From: an uncultured delta proteobacterium
GTDB taxonomy: Bacteria > Myxococcota_A > Polyangia > Polyangiales > Polyangiaceae
Reading direction: 5' to 3'
Assembly: GCA_963841435.1 (NCBI GenBank)
Contig: CAWJCS010000006.1
Coordinates: 1,120,001-1,184,000 of the forward strand
DNA length: 64,000 nucleotides
Shown: in pieces, positions 1 to 10,083 of the stretch
Position numbering within the stretch: the first letter of the stretch is position 1
Layout: every line of letters starts with the position of its first letter
Program-made: the position numbers and the translations under genes
The notes under the pieces: generated by a model
Told to the model about the DNA's origin: nothing
Seen by the model: the letters and a program-made list of their open reading frames with translations, nothing else
Database searches by the model: none

Positions 1-150
1 ACCACGGGTCGCGGCGCCCTCGGGTTTCGCGCGACAGCAAAGGCCGCTCGGCTAGTTCCGCCGCTACCACTCGGCTCGGGACGCCCCCGCAGGCCCTCGA
101 GGTCCGAAAACCGCGAGCGCTCGGTCGTTGGCGCCCGTATCCTCCGCGAC

Positions 151-1647
151 ATGGCTCGGCTCGATGAAAGGGCGTGCTACCGGGCGCTCGCGACGCGCGA
201 CGTACGCTTCGACGGTCGCTTCTTCGTCGGTATCACGACGACGGGCATCTACTGTCGTCCCGTGTGCCCGGCCCGCACGGCGCGCGAGAAGCATTGTCGC
301 TTCTTTAGGTCGGCGGCCGCGGCCCATGAGGCCGGCTTTCGCCCGTGTTTGCGCTGCCGGCCGGAGACGGCGCCCGAGCACGGCGCCTGGCGCGGCACGG
401 CGAACACGGTGTCGCGTGGGCTCGAGCTCATCCGCCGCGGCGAGCTCGACGGCGAAGGAGCGAGCGTCGAGCTTTTCGCCGAACGGCTCGGCGTCGGCGC
501 CCGGCAGCTTCGCCGCTTGTTCGGCGAGCATCTCGGCGCCTCGCCGCTCGCCGTGGCGCAGACCCGTCGCGTTCTGTTTGCGAAGCAGCTCCTGCACGAG
601 ACCGAGCTTTCGATGAGTGAGGTGGCATTCGCCGCGGGGTTTTCCAGCGTTCGCCGCTACAACGAGACGTTCCGAGCGCTGTTCGGCCGCCCGCCGAGCG
701 CCCTGCGCCGCCCGAGCCAGGCAGCGGGGCTCGATGGCGCGAAGGCAGCCGTCCGTGTGCGCCTTCGCTATCGCCCGCCGTACGACTGGGACGGGCTGCT
801 CGCGCACTTCGCCGTGCGCGCGCTTCCGGGTGTCGAGCGCGTTACAGGGTCGAGCTACGCGCGCACGGTCGAGCAGGGCCACGAGATCGGCACGGTCGAA
901 ATCCGGCACCTCTCCGAGAGCCAGAGTCTCGAGGTGGCGATCGTGCTGCCGTCGGTGGGAGGGCTCTCGGCCGTCGTCGAGCGCGTGCGCCGCTCGTTCG
1001 ACCTCGCCGCGGACTCGGCGGCGATCGTCCTTCACCTCGCGAAGGACCCGCTGCTCGCCCCGCACCTCGGCGAGCGGCGCGGCCTGCGCGTGCCGGGCGG
1101 CTTCGACGGCTTCGAGGCAGCCGTGCGTGCCGTGCTCGGCCAACAGGTCTCGCTCGAGGCGGGGCGGCGCCTCGGTGAAGCGCTCGTACGGCTCGCGGGC
1201 ACGCCCGTGCTCTTCGGGCCCGGCCTCACCCGGATCTTCCCCGGCCCTGGGGCGTTGCTCGCCGCCGATCTCGACAAGCTCGGAATGCCCGCGGCGCGCC
1301 GCTCGGCGCTGCGTGCTCTTTCGCGCGCCGCACTCGACGAGCCACGCCTGTTCGACCCCTACGGCACGCCCGAGGCGACGGTCGCGCGGCTGATGGGGCT
1401 CGAGGGCTTCGGTGAGTGGACGGCGCACTACGTGGCGCTGCGCGCGGCGCGCGAGCCCGACGCGTTCCCCGCGGGCGACCGCGCCCTGGTTCGCGCGTTC
1501 GCCGCGCTTTCGGGCCGCGCGCTGCGACCCGCGGAGCTCGTCCGGCGCGCTGAGCGCTGGCGCCCGTTCCGCGGCTATGCCGCAGAGCTACTCTGGGCGC
1601 TCGACGCGCAGGCCCCGGGAACGAACAAGGTGGTGGCCCGTGAATGA
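151..1647 (+). CDS. alkA: AdaA-AlkA fusion: Ada Zn-binding methylphosphotriester domain + AraC HTH + DNA-3-methyladenine glycosylase II
   Basis: N-terminal GIYCRPVC...GFRPCLRC Ada Zn motif; AraC-type HTH (LGVGARQLRRLF, AFAAGFSSVRRYNETF); AlkA_N (LRYRPPYDW); HhH-GPD region (GFGEWTAHYVALRA...DAFPAGD, WRPFRGYA). Confidence 0.93.
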   Translation: MARLDERACYRALATRDVRFDGRFFVGITTTGIYCRPVCPARTAREKHCRFFRSAAAAHEAGFRPCLRCRPETAPEHGAWRGTANTVSRGLELIRRGELDGEGASVELFAERLGVGARQLRRLFGEHLGASPLAVAQTRRVLFAKQLLHETELSMSEVAFAAGFSSVRRYNETFRALFGRPPSALRRPSQAAGLDGAKAAVRVRLRYRPPYDWDGLLAHFAVRALPGVERVTGSSYARTVEQGHEIGTVEIRHLSESQSLEVAIVLPSVGGLSAVVERVRRSFDLAADSAAIVLHLAKDPLLAPHLGERRGLRVPGGFDGFEAAVRAVLGQQVSLEAGRRLGEALVRLAGTPVLFGPGLTRIFPGPGALLAADLDKLGMPAARRSALRALSRAALDEPRLFDPYGTPEATVARLMGLEGFGEWTAHYVALRAAREPDAFPAGDRALVRAFAALSGRALRPAELVRRAERWRPFRGYAAELLWALDAQAPGTNKVVARE

Positions 1648-2164
1648 GCGGATGGAGCTGTTCGCCGACGAGCTCGAGACGCCGATCGGCACGCTGTCGA
1701 TTGGCGCCGATCGCGATGGACGCCTCCGCCTGGTCGGCTTCGTCGGCGGCCACGCGCGCATGGAGCGCGAGCTCGAGGCGCAGGCGGCGGGTCATGGCGG
1801 AAGGGTGCGCCGTGTGCGCGATCCTGCGGGTTTCACGCGCGCGCTCCGCGCGTACTTCGGAGGCGAGCTCGAGGCCATCGACGGCCTTGCCGTCGCCTTC
1901 GCCGGAACCGATTTCCAGAACAGCGTCTGGTCGGCGCTGCGAGCGATTCCGTGCGGCGAAACCCTCTCGTACGGCGAGCTCGCCCGTCGCATCGGGCGGC
2001 CGAAGGCGGTGCGCGCCGTGGGGCTCGCCAACGGGCGAAACCCGATCGGTATCGTCGTCCCCTGCCACCGCGTCATTGGAGCGGACGGCACGCTGACCGG
2101 CTATGGTGGGGGCATCGAGCGAAAGCGCTGGCTGCTCGAGCACGAACGGCGTCGCGAACGCTGA
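1640..2164 (+). CDS. ogt: Methylated-DNA--protein-cysteine S-methyltransferase
   Basis: GTDFQNSVW, IPCGETLSYGELA, RAVGLANGRNPIGIVVPCHRVIG active-site motif; start is GTG 1640 (overlapping the alkA end) or ATG 1652. Confidence 0.95.
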   Translation: MNERMELFADELETPIGTLSIGADRDGRLRLVGFVGGHARMERELEAQAAGHGGRVRRVRDPAGFTRALRAYFGGELEAIDGLAVAFAGTDFQNSVWSALRAIPCGETLSYGELARRIGRPKAVRAVGLANGRNPIGIVVPCHRVIGADGTLTGYGGGIERKRWLLEHERRRER

Positions 2165-2201
2165 CGGGCGAATCCGATCAGGTCGCACGAAGCTGCGGGA
2201 G

Positions 2202-3158
2202 CTAGCTCTTCGCCGTTCTGGTCTTCTGGCGGGGACGTCGCTTGGTCCTCGGGTAGGCGTCGCGCATCACCTTCGCGAGCGTCGTGAGGCTCTCCGTGAA
2301 AGGAGAGCGGCGACGAAAGATGAGCGCGATCGTACGTTCCGGGGCCGGGGCCTCGAAGGGCCGGAGCGCCACCTGGGCTCGGGCCGCCTCCGTCTCCACG
2401 GCAAGCCCCGGCAACAGGGTGACTCCGGCGCCGCCGGCTACCATCTGCACGAGCGTGGGCAGGCTGGTGGCTCGAAATTCGAGCTCGTGAGCGCGCGTGC
2501 GCGAGCAATACTCGAGCGCCTGCTCCCTGAGGCAATGCCCCTCGTCGAGTAGCAGGACGTCGGCTCCCGCGAGCTCGCGTCGCGAAACACCGCCCGCGCC
2601 GTGGGCGAGCGGGTGGTCCACCGGCGTCGCGAGCACGAATTGGTCCTTCGCGATCACGACCTGTTCCACGGGGCCGAGCTCCGCTTCGAGCGCGACCACG
2701 GCGCCGTCGAGTCGCCCGTCGGCGAGCGCCTGCACGAGCACGGCCGTCTTTTCTTCCATCCAGGACAAAGTGAGCTTCGGGAAACGCTGGTGCAGCACGG
2801 GCGTGACCTTGGGCAAGAGGTAGGGGGACACGGTGGGGATCACGCCGAGCGTGAGCTTTCCCACGAACGGGTCACCCCCGCGCAGCGCGAGCTCGACGAG
2901 GTCGTCCGCTCCGAGCACGACGCGCCGTGCCTGCTCGAGCAGGGGCTTGCCGGCGGCGGTCACGAGCACGCGCCGCCGGTCCCGCTCGAAGAGCCGTACA
3001 CCCAGGCTTTCTTCGAGCTCGGCGAGCTGTGCGCTCAGCGACGGCTGGGACACGTGGCAGCGCGCGGCCGCGCGGTGGAAGGAGAGCTCGTCGGCGACGG
3101 CGAGCGCATACTGGAGCTGGCGCAGCGTGAAGGGGTGGGGAGCGCCGGTGATAGCCAT
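2202..3158 (-). CDS. oxyR: LysR-family hydrogen-peroxide sensor OxyR
   Basis: LysR HTH (TLRQLQY...SFHRAAARCHVSQPSLS); LLLDEGHCLREQALEYC with both redox Cys; ATSLPTLVQMV; divergent from dps. Confidence 0.9.
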   Translation of the reverse strand: MAITGAPHPFTLRQLQYALAVADELSFHRAAARCHVSQPSLSAQLAELEESLGVRLFERDRRRVLVTAAGKPLLEQARRVVLGADDLVELALRGGDPFVGKLTLGVIPTVSPYLLPKVTPVLHQRFPKLTLSWMEEKTAVLVQALADGRLDGAVVALEAELGPVEQVVIAKDQFVLATPVDHPLAHGAGGVSRRELAGADVLLLDEGHCLREQALEYCSRTRAHELEFRATSLPTLVQMVAGGAGVTLLPGLAVETEAARAQVALRPFEAPAPERTIALIFRRRSPFTESLTTLAKVMRDAYPRTKRRPRQKTRTAKS

Positions 3159-3187
3159 TGCCTATCATGATCATCCAAACGTGGTCT
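3151..3187. promoter_or_regulatory. OxyR/LysR binding box overlapping the oxyR start codon, upstream of dps
   Basis: ATAG-N7-CTAT at 3151-3165 followed by N7-ATCC; matches the first half of the OxyR ATAG-N7-CTAT-N7-ATAG-N7-CTAT consensus. Confidence 0.65.
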
Positions 3188-3257
3188 TGGAGCAATTCGG
3201 TCGATCGCGTCACGATCCCGTGACGCGTGCCGGTGGCGCGCTAAGATCGGAGCAGCC

Positions 3258-3734
3258 ATGTTCAAGAGTCCAAGCCAACTACCAGAATCCGCTCGCGCCA
3301 CGCTCAGCGAAACGCTGAACGCCCGCCTCACCGATGGTCTCGACCTGCACAGCCAGATCAAGGTCGCGCACTGGAACATCAAGGGGCCCGGTTTCGCGGC
3401 GCTGCACCCGTTGTTCGAGACGTTCGCCGTTGGCCTTGCCGCATTCAACGACGAGATTGCCGAGCGCGCCGTCACCCTCGGCGGCCGCGCCGGCGGCACG
3501 GTGCGCCAGGTGGCGAAAAACTCGCGCATCCCGGAGTATCCAGCCGATGCTTCCCGCGACGTTGACCACGTGCGCCATCTCGCAGATCGCTTCGAGGCGT
3601 TTCTGGCGGGCGTGCGCGAGTCGCGTGGCGTTGCCGAGAAGCTCGGGGACACCGACACCGTCGACCTTTTCACGCGCGTCGTGTCCGACTTCGAGAAGCA
3701 CAGCTGGTTCTTGCGCGCGTCGCTCGAGGGCTGA
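3258..3734 (+). CDS. dps: DNA starvation/stationary phase protection protein Dps
   Basis: KVAHWNIKGPGFAALHPLFE, DEIAERAVTLGG ferroxidase motifs; EKHSWFL C-terminus. Confidence 0.95.
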   Translation: MFKSPSQLPESARATLSETLNARLTDGLDLHSQIKVAHWNIKGPGFAALHPLFETFAVGLAAFNDEIAERAVTLGGRAGGTVRQVAKNSRIPEYPADASRDVDHVRHLADRFEAFLAGVRESRGVAEKLGDTDTVDLFTRVVSDFEKHSWFLRASLEG

Positions 3735-3769
3735 GCGCGCGCTCGAGCGTGCTCCCGGCGAGGCGGGGC

Positions 3770-5128
3770 TCAGGCGTGACTTTCGGCGCCGTGGGCGCCC
3801 GCCGTGTCGTGGGCGTGCGCGGACATGCGCAAGAGGCCGAGGCCGAGGAGCGCCGAGCCGAGCGAGGCCGAGAGCACGCCGAGCTTCGAGGCATCCTCGA
3901 GCCCCCGCGCGCTCGAGAACGCGAGGCTGCCGACCAAGAGGGACATCGTGAACCCGATGCCCGCGAGGCAGCCGACTGCGATGATCTGCAGCGAGGTCGC
4001 GCCGGTCGGCCGAGCCGCGACACCGAGCGCGATCGCGAGGAGGGTGGCGCCGGCAACGCCGATCGGCTTGCCCACGGCGAGGCCTGCGAGAGCGCCCAAG
4101 GTCACGGGCGACGCGAAGCGCGAGAGGTCATCCACCGAAACCCCGGCGTTCGCCAGAGCGAACAGCGGCACGACACCGTAGGCCACGAGGCCGTGTAGCG
4201 CGTGCATCGCTCGATCGAGCGGTGACTGGACCGATTCGAGGTGGCGCTCGATCGCGGCGATCGTGCCCTCGGGTATCATGCCTCGGGCCACGCAATCGGC
4301 GCGCAGCGACGCGATGGCGCCTTCGAGGTCGTCCAGCACGTTCCGCGGAGCGCGCTTCGAATCGGCCGGGATCGCCAGCCCCACGGCGACGCCGGCGAGC
4401 GTCGCGTGGATGCCCGACTCGAGCAGCGCCGCCCACAGGCAGACCCCCACGGCGACGTACGGCCAGAGCTTTTGCACCTTCGCGCGCCCGAGCAGCACGA
4501 GGCCCACGCAGAGCACGGCGGCGAGCCCCAGGAACCGCGGATCGACGCCACCCCCGTAAAACAGTGCGATGACGAGAATGGCGCCCAGGTCGTCGAAGAT
4601 GGCGAGCGCCGTCAGGAACACGAACAGCGAGGCCGGCACGCGGGATTTGACGAGCGAGAGGCAGCCGAGCGCGAACGCGATGTCCGTCGCCATCGGCACG
4701 GCCCAGCCGGAGTGCCCTGCGCCGCGCGGGTTCATCGCGAGGTAGATGCCGGCGGGGACGAGCATGCCGCCGAGCGCTGCGATGAGAGGCAGGAGCGCTT
4801 GACGAAATGTCTGGAGCTCACCGTGCGTGAGCTCCCGCTTGACCTCGAGGCCGACCACCGCGAAAAACAGCGTCATGAGGCCGTCGTTCGTGAAATGGTG
4901 CACGGTCCAATCGATGCCACGGCCACCGAGCTTCATCTCGACCTGGCTGTGGAAGATGGCTTCGTAGACGAACGCGAAGCGCGAGTTCGCCCAGGCAATG
5001 GCGAGCACCGCCATGCCGATCAAAACGAGGCCGCCCGCAGCTTCCAGCCGGAAGAACGCCTGAAATGGCGCAACGATCGAGAACAAGATCGGCTTGTCGC
5101 GCTTCACGTCGGGCCTCCCGTCGCTCAT
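3770..5128 (-). CDS. nhaA: Na+/H+ antiporter NhaA
   Basis: NDGLMTLFF, GLEVKRE, GWAVPMATDIAFALG, LAIFDDLGAI, GIGFTMSL motifs; start uncertain (5128-5152). Confidence 0.95.
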   Translation of the reverse strand: MSDGRPDVKRDKPILFSIVAPFQAFFRLEAAGGLVLIGMAVLAIAWANSRFAFVYEAIFHSQVEMKLGGRGIDWTVHHFTNDGLMTLFFAVVGLEVKRELTHGELQTFRQALLPLIAALGGMLVPAGIYLAMNPRGAGHSGWAVPMATDIAFALGCLSLVKSRVPASLFVFLTALAIFDDLGAILVIALFYGGGVDPRFLGLAAVLCVGLVLLGRAKVQKLWPYVAVGVCLWAALLESGIHATLAGVAVGLAIPADSKRAPRNVLDDLEGAIASLRADCVARGMIPEGTIAAIERHLESVQSPLDRAMHALHGLVAYGVVPLFALANAGVSVDDLSRFASPVTLGALAGLAVGKPIGVAGATLLAIALGVAARPTGATSLQIIAVGCLAGIGFTMSLLVGSLAFSSARGLEDASKLGVLSASLGSALLGLGLLRMSAHAHDTAGAHGAESHA

Positions 5129-5168
5129 CACACGAGCGATCCGATCCTGCAAGCAAAACCGGGCCGCT

Positions 5169-5954
5169 TCACGAGCCGCGCAGGGCGGCGAGCGCGGCCT
5201 CGAGCACGTGGCCGTTCGTCCCGAGTGCCTCGGGGGCCGTGTAGGTCTGGTTTCCCTTCCAGTCGGTGAGCGTGCCGCCCGCTTCGCGCAAGACCGGGTA
5301 GAGCGCCGCCGTGTCCCACAGCGCCATCACGGGGTCGAGCGCGATCTCGGCGCGGCCCGTTGCCACGAGCGCGTAACCGTAGGCGTCGGGGAAACCGCGA
5401 TCCTTGCCCGAGGCGGCGAGCAGGCGCTCGAATGGTTCGCCCTTGCCGTTCTCGCGCGCGAACTTCGCGCTCGCGTAGGCGAGGCGCGCTTCGGAGAGCT
5501 CGCGGACGTCGGAGACGCGGGCCTGCCGGCCGTTCCACCGGCATCCGAGGCCACTCGCCGCGTAGACGGTTTCCGCGAGCGCGGGCATGTGGATGACGCC
5601 CGCAACGGCTTCGCCTTCCCACTCGAACGCGACGAGGACGGAGTAGAGCGGGACACCACACACGAACGAGTGCGTGCCGTCGATGGGGTCGAGGATCCAC
5701 CGGCCCGGCTCTCGGCCGGGTTTGACGCCGTACTCCTCGCCCACGATGCCGTGCTCGGGGTAGGTGCGCTCGATGCGTTCGCGGAGGAGCTTTTCGGCCC
5801 CGCGATCGGCGGCGGTGACGGGCGTGCGGTCGGCCTTGAGCTCGACCTCGGTGCCCTGGTTGAAGTAGCGGAGCGTCAGCTCACCGGCCTGCTGCGCCGA
5901 TTCGACGGCGAAGTCGAGCAGCGTCGCGAGCGTCGTCCCGTCCAGCCGAGCCAT
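5169..5954 (-). CDS. hisN: Inositol monophosphatase family protein, probable histidinol-phosphatase
   Basis: KADRTPVTAADR, GEEYG, WILDPIDGTHSFVCGVP, WDTAAL...EAGG motifs typical of the HisN subgroup. Confidence 0.75.
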   Translation of the reverse strand: MARLDGTTLATLLDFAVESAQQAGELTLRYFNQGTEVELKADRTPVTAADRGAEKLLRERIERTYPEHGIVGEEYGVKPGREPGRWILDPIDGTHSFVCGVPLYSVLVAFEWEGEAVAGVIHMPALAETVYAASGLGCRWNGRQARVSDVRELSEARLAYASAKFARENGKGEPFERLLAASGKDRGFPDAYGYALVATGRAEIALDPVMALWDTAALYPVLREAGGTLTDWKGNQTYTAPEALGTNGHVLEAALAALRGS

Positions 5955-5984
5955 GGTACTACCCTTTCGCACGAAAGGACTGCC

Positions 5985-6986
5985 ATGGCCACACCGCTGC
6001 TGGTCGGTGAGAATCTTCCGAACATTCCCTGGCAACCGCGGCCCGCCGGCACGAGTGATCCCGTTTGGCGTTGCGACAAGAACCCCGTGATCCCTCGCCA
6101 TGCATCGCCGACGGCCGACAGCATCTACAACAGCGCCGTGGTCCCGTTCCGCGGTGCGTTCGCGGGCGTCTTTCGTTGCGACGACCGGGCGCGCAACATG
6201 ACGCTACGGGTCGGGCGAAGCCAGGACGGATTCTCGTTCGAGATCTCGGACGATCGGCTCGTGTTCCACAAGAGCCCCCCGGACATCGCCGAGTTCCTCG
6301 AGGGCTACGATCCGCGCGTCGTCCCGCTCGATGGGCGCTACTACGTGATCTGGTGCAACAACTACCACGGCTACACGATCGGCCTCGGCGTCACCGACGA
6401 CTTTTCCGAGTTCGAGCAGCTCGAGAACGTGTTTCTGCCGTTCAATCGCAACGGGGTGCTTTTTCCGCGAAAAATCGGCGGAAAGTATCTGATGCTGAGC
6501 CGCCCGAGCGACGCCGGGCACACGCCGTTCGGCGACATCTTCGTGAGTCATTCGCCTGATCTTCGCTACTGGGGCGAGCACCGCCACGTCATGGGCCCCA
6601 GGCGAGAGCGGGGCCTCGTCAACTGGCAGATGACGAAGATCGGCGCGGGGCCCTATCCGATCGAGACGCGCGAAGGCTGGCTGCTTTTTTACCACGGCGT
6701 CCTCACCACCTGTAACGGCTTTACCTACAGCATGGGCGCGGCGCTGCTCGATCTCGAAAAGCCCTGGCAGGTGCGCTACCGGACGAGACCGTACTTGCTG
6801 ACGCCGGAGACGCAGTACGAGTGCGTCGGCAACACGCAGAACGTGCTGTTCCCGTGCGCGGCGCTCACGGACGCCGCGAGCGGGCGCATTGCAATCTACT
6901 ACGGAGCGGCGGACACCTCGACGGCGCTCGCCTTCTGCGAGGCCGACGAGATCCTGACGTTTCTACGCCAGAACTCGGAGGTTTGA
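5985..6986 (+). CDS. Glycoside hydrolase family 130 (beta-mannoside phosphorylase-like)
   Basis: NSAVVPF, YDPRV, WCNNYHG, NRNGVLFPRKIGG, SRPSDAGHTPFGDIF, KIGAGP, YYGAADT; SD AGGA before ATG 5985. Confidence 0.9.
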   Translation: MATPLLVGENLPNIPWQPRPAGTSDPVWRCDKNPVIPRHASPTADSIYNSAVVPFRGAFAGVFRCDDRARNMTLRVGRSQDGFSFEISDDRLVFHKSPPDIAEFLEGYDPRVVPLDGRYYVIWCNNYHGYTIGLGVTDDFSEFEQLENVFLPFNRNGVLFPRKIGGKYLMLSRPSDAGHTPFGDIFVSHSPDLRYWGEHRHVMGPRRERGLVNWQMTKIGAGPYPIETREGWLLFYHGVLTTCNGFTYSMGAALLDLEKPWQVRYRTRPYLLTPETQYECVGNTQNVLFPCAALTDAASGRIAIYYGAADTSTALAFCEADEILTFLRQNSEV

Positions 6987-6993
6987 GCGCGCC

Positions 6994-7962
6994 GTGATCC
7001 CGCGCGCGGCCCACTTCGTGTGGCTCGGTCGTGAGCTCTCGTGGGTGCATCTCGTCGCGCTGGCGTCGGCGGTGCGCGCCGGCGAGTTCGAGCACGTCAC
7101 GCTGCATCACACCGATCCGCTCGACGATTCGCCCGTCCACCGTGAGCTCGCGGGGCTCTCGACCCTGAAGCTCGAGCGCCTCGACCCCGAAGCGCTCCTG
7201 GTTCGGGTGGGCAGGGGCGAGCTCGTCGGCACCTACCGGGCGCTCGCGGCGCCCGCGGCGCGCTCGAACCTGATCCGGGCGGCGCTGCTTTTCGAACGCG
7301 GCGGCGTGTACCTCGATGCCGACACGGTCACCTTGCGAAGCTTCGCGGCGCTCTGCGCGCGGGGCGGCGCTTTCTGCGGGGAGGAGCGGCTGGTCTTTCC
7401 GGTGCGAGCGGGGGGGGGCATCGCGGCCCGGTTTTCGCCGGTTGCGCTGCTGCGCACGGCGGCGCGCGACGTGCTCCGGCGGCTGCCCGAAGGCCAGCGC
7501 GCCTTTTCACGCATCGAGCGTCTCTACCCGACGGGTGCGAACAACGCCGTGCTCGGGGCCGAGCCGAGGCATCCGTTTCTCACCGAGCTGTTCGCGCGCA
7601 TGCTCGAGCTTTTGCCGCGGGAGCGACTCGTGCGCTACGCGCTCGGGACGCACGCGCTGCAGCGCGCCGTGGCCTCGTACCGAGGCGGGGGCCTCGAGGT
7701 GCTGCCGCCCGCCGCGTTCTACCCGCTCGGACCCGAGATCAGCGAGCACTGGTTCCGGCTGCGCCAGCACGTGCACCTCGACCAGGTCGTCTCCAGCGAA
7801 ACGCTGCTCGTGCACTGGTACGCCTCCGTGCGCACGGCGCGTCACGTGCGAAAGCTCGATGCGAGCTTCGTGCGGCGTCACGCCGACCGGCAGCTGTTCT
7901 CGGCGCTCGCGCTGCCGACGGTCGAGGCGCTCGCGCGCGGGGAGCTTTCGGCTCAGCGCTGA
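6994..7962 (+). CDS. Glycosyltransferase, DXD sugar-binding (GT32/OCH1-like)
   Basis: IPRAAHFVWLG N-terminus, RSNLIRAALLFERGGVYLDAD, NNAVLGAEPRHPF, FYP motifs. Confidence 0.85.
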   Translation: MIPRAAHFVWLGRELSWVHLVALASAVRAGEFEHVTLHHTDPLDDSPVHRELAGLSTLKLERLDPEALLVRVGRGELVGTYRALAAPAARSNLIRAALLFERGGVYLDADTVTLRSFAALCARGGAFCGEERLVFPVRAGGGIAARFSPVALLRTAARDVLRRLPEGQRAFSRIERLYPTGANNAVLGAEPRHPFLTELFARMLELLPRERLVRYALGTHALQRAVASYRGGGLEVLPPAAFYPLGPEISEHWFRLRQHVHLDQVVSSETLLVHWYASVRTARHVRKLDASFVRRHADRQLFSALALPTVEALARGELSAQR

Positions 7963-9189
7963 GCGGGGCTCGGATCGAGCAGCCGCGCCACGATACTGCG
8001 TAGCCGTTCGGGGCTGAACGGCTTGTCGAGACGCAGATTCGGCACCTTGTCGAGAAACTCGCGGGCCTGTGTCACGAACGCACCGCCCGTGAGAAACACG
8101 ATCTTGCTCACTTCCTCGGGCGCGAGCCGCTCGAGCTCGTGGAAGAAATCCACCCCCGTGACGTTCGGCATCATGACGTCGCACAGGATCACGTCGAAGC
8201 GCTCCCCGCGTGACAAGCGTTCGAGCGCGCGCTCGCTCTCCAGCTCGGTCTCAACGTCGTGGTCGGGGCTCAACGTGCGCCGGACGGCCGTGGCGACCAT
8301 CGGCTCGTCGTCGACGACGAGCACGCGTCCGCGCCGCGCGCTCGTGAGCGCCGGCGGTCGCGAGCTCGGCGGTATGCTGGCGCGCGTGAGCGCGGCCGGA
8401 ACGGTAACGGTGAAGCTCGAGCCGACGCCCACGCGGCTCTTGACGTGAATGCGCCCGCCGATCTCCTCGACGATACGCTGCGAGATCGGCAGGCCGAGGC
8501 CACGCCCGACGCCTGCGGGCTTGGTGCTGTAAAATGGGACGAAGATCCGCGACATTTCGGCATCGCTCATGCCGACGCCCGTGTCGCGCACCTCGACGAC
8601 GACCTGGTCGCCCTCGGATCGGGTGCTCACGCGGATTTCGTTGTGCTCGGCCTTTCCGGCGGGGATGGCGTGCGCGGCATTGATCACGAGATTCAAAAAG
8701 ACCTGTCCGAGGCGCGCCTCGTTGGCGTTGAACGTGCGCCACCTCGTCGAACACCTTGACGAGCTTCGCCCGGTGCCGGATCTCGTTCCAGGCCATGCGG
8801 AGCGTCGACTCGAGGACCTCGCGGACGTCGACGAGGTCGCGGTGCGGCTCCTCGGCCCGCGAGAACAGTCTGAGATCTCGCACGATTTGGCGCACGCGCT
8901 GGGCCGCTTCCCGCGCGTCCTCGAGCTCCTCCAGGAGCTCGCCGCTCGAGAGGCCGAGCCTTTTCACGTCGTCGATCGCGAGCTCGACGTTGGCGATCAC
9001 CGCGGCGAGCGGATTGTTGATCTCGTGCGCCACGCCCGCGGCGAGCGTGCCCACGGACGCCATGCGATCGGTCGCGACGAGCTCGGCGACGAGATCGGCG
9101 ATGGGCGCCTCGGTGTTGCGCAGGCGCGCGAGCATGGCCTCGGGGTCTGCCGCCGACGGAGGAGGATCGCTCGGTGGCTTTGCGCTCAT
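7953..9189 (-). CDS. Hybrid histidine kinase (HisKA-HATPase-REC) without a sensor domain; one apparent frameshift near 8731
   Basis: DRMASVGTLAAGVAHEINNPL (H box) in one frame; NLVINAAHA, DTGVGM, FYSTKPAGVGRGLGL and REC (VLVVDDE, ILCDVMMP, KPF) in the next frame; removing one base gives 411 aa. Confidence 0.88.
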
Positions 9190-9438
9190 CGGCCCTTTCG
9201 TCAGGTAGCCTTTCGGTCGGCGTGGGAAAAGGCCGGATCGGTGCCGAAGGGCGTGTCTCGATGCGAGACGCCGTTTCGGGTGCCGGGCGTGGATCGCCGA
9301 AATTGTTCCTGATATCGACGGCATCGCCCGTGCGCGCGGTGGTTGAAATCGGCCAAGCCATCTGGTCGGATCCGTCCGCCCGCTCACGAGCTCGATCGGC
9401 AGGGGCACGCTGGCGAGGCCTCGGAGGCTTCGGACGGC

Positions 9439-9453
9439 TGGCACGGCGGTTGC
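9439..9453 (+). promoter_or_regulatory. Sigma54 (-24/-12) promoter upstream of the response regulator
   Basis: TGGCACGGCGGTTGC is an exact match to TGGCACG-N4-TTGC, 30 bp upstream of ATG 9483. Confidence 0.75.
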
Positions 9454-9482
9454 GTTGGGTGCGGGTGAACGATGGGCGAAAA

Positions 9483-10036
9483 ATGACCGGCGGCAAGACG
9501 GACGACCAACGGAGCAACCCGAGCGCGAGCGTGGCGGCGCGCTCGGTGACCGGCCCTGCCACGGGGTCCGGGTCACCGACGGCAAGCGACGGGGGGCAAG
9601 CGTCGCTCGGTCGCGGGCGCGTCGTGCTCGTCGTCGAACGACGAGCCGATCCTCCTGAAGAGCACGCAACGGCTGATCGAGCAGCGAGGCTTTCGGGTGC
9701 TGACGGCGACGAACGCCCAGGCGGCGCTCGCTTGGTCCGAGGAGGAACACGAGAATCGCGCTGCTCGTGACGGACGTCGTGCTTCACCCCATCAATGGCG
9801 TCGAGCTCGCCCGTCGCCTCCGCAAGGTCCTCCCGGAGCTCAAGGTGCTCTACGTGTCGGGGTACGATGCTACAGCGGCCGGGCTCGCCCTCGGGGCCGA
9901 CGGCCCGGATGCCTTCCTAGGCAAGCCGTTCACGGCGCGTGAGCTCGAAGCTCGATTGCGCGAGCTTTTGCCCGGATCGACCGGGGACTCGCTGCCCGTG
10001 AGCTCGGGCGTGACGCCGCGGGATGGGCTGAAGTAG
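9483..10036 (+). CDS. Single-domain response regulator (REC); two apparent frameshifts near 9636 and 9754
   Basis: Stitched frames read VVLVV(D)DEPILLK...GFRVLTATNA...IALLVTDVVLHPINGVELARRL...KVLYVSGY...FLGKPF. Confidence 0.8.
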
Positions 10037-10083
10037 ACTGGCGAGGCTCGCGTTGGCGAGCCCTGGCCGTTTTGAGGAAGCTC

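Noticed and set aside
5094..5984. N-terminal extension of the GH130 ORF (630 aa)
   Set aside because: Antisense to hisN; the real start with SD is ATG 5985
10041..10075. GGCTCGC-GTTG-GCGAGCC hairpin as an intrinsic terminator
   Set aside because: The T-run is short and separated from the stem; such stems are common by chance at this GC content
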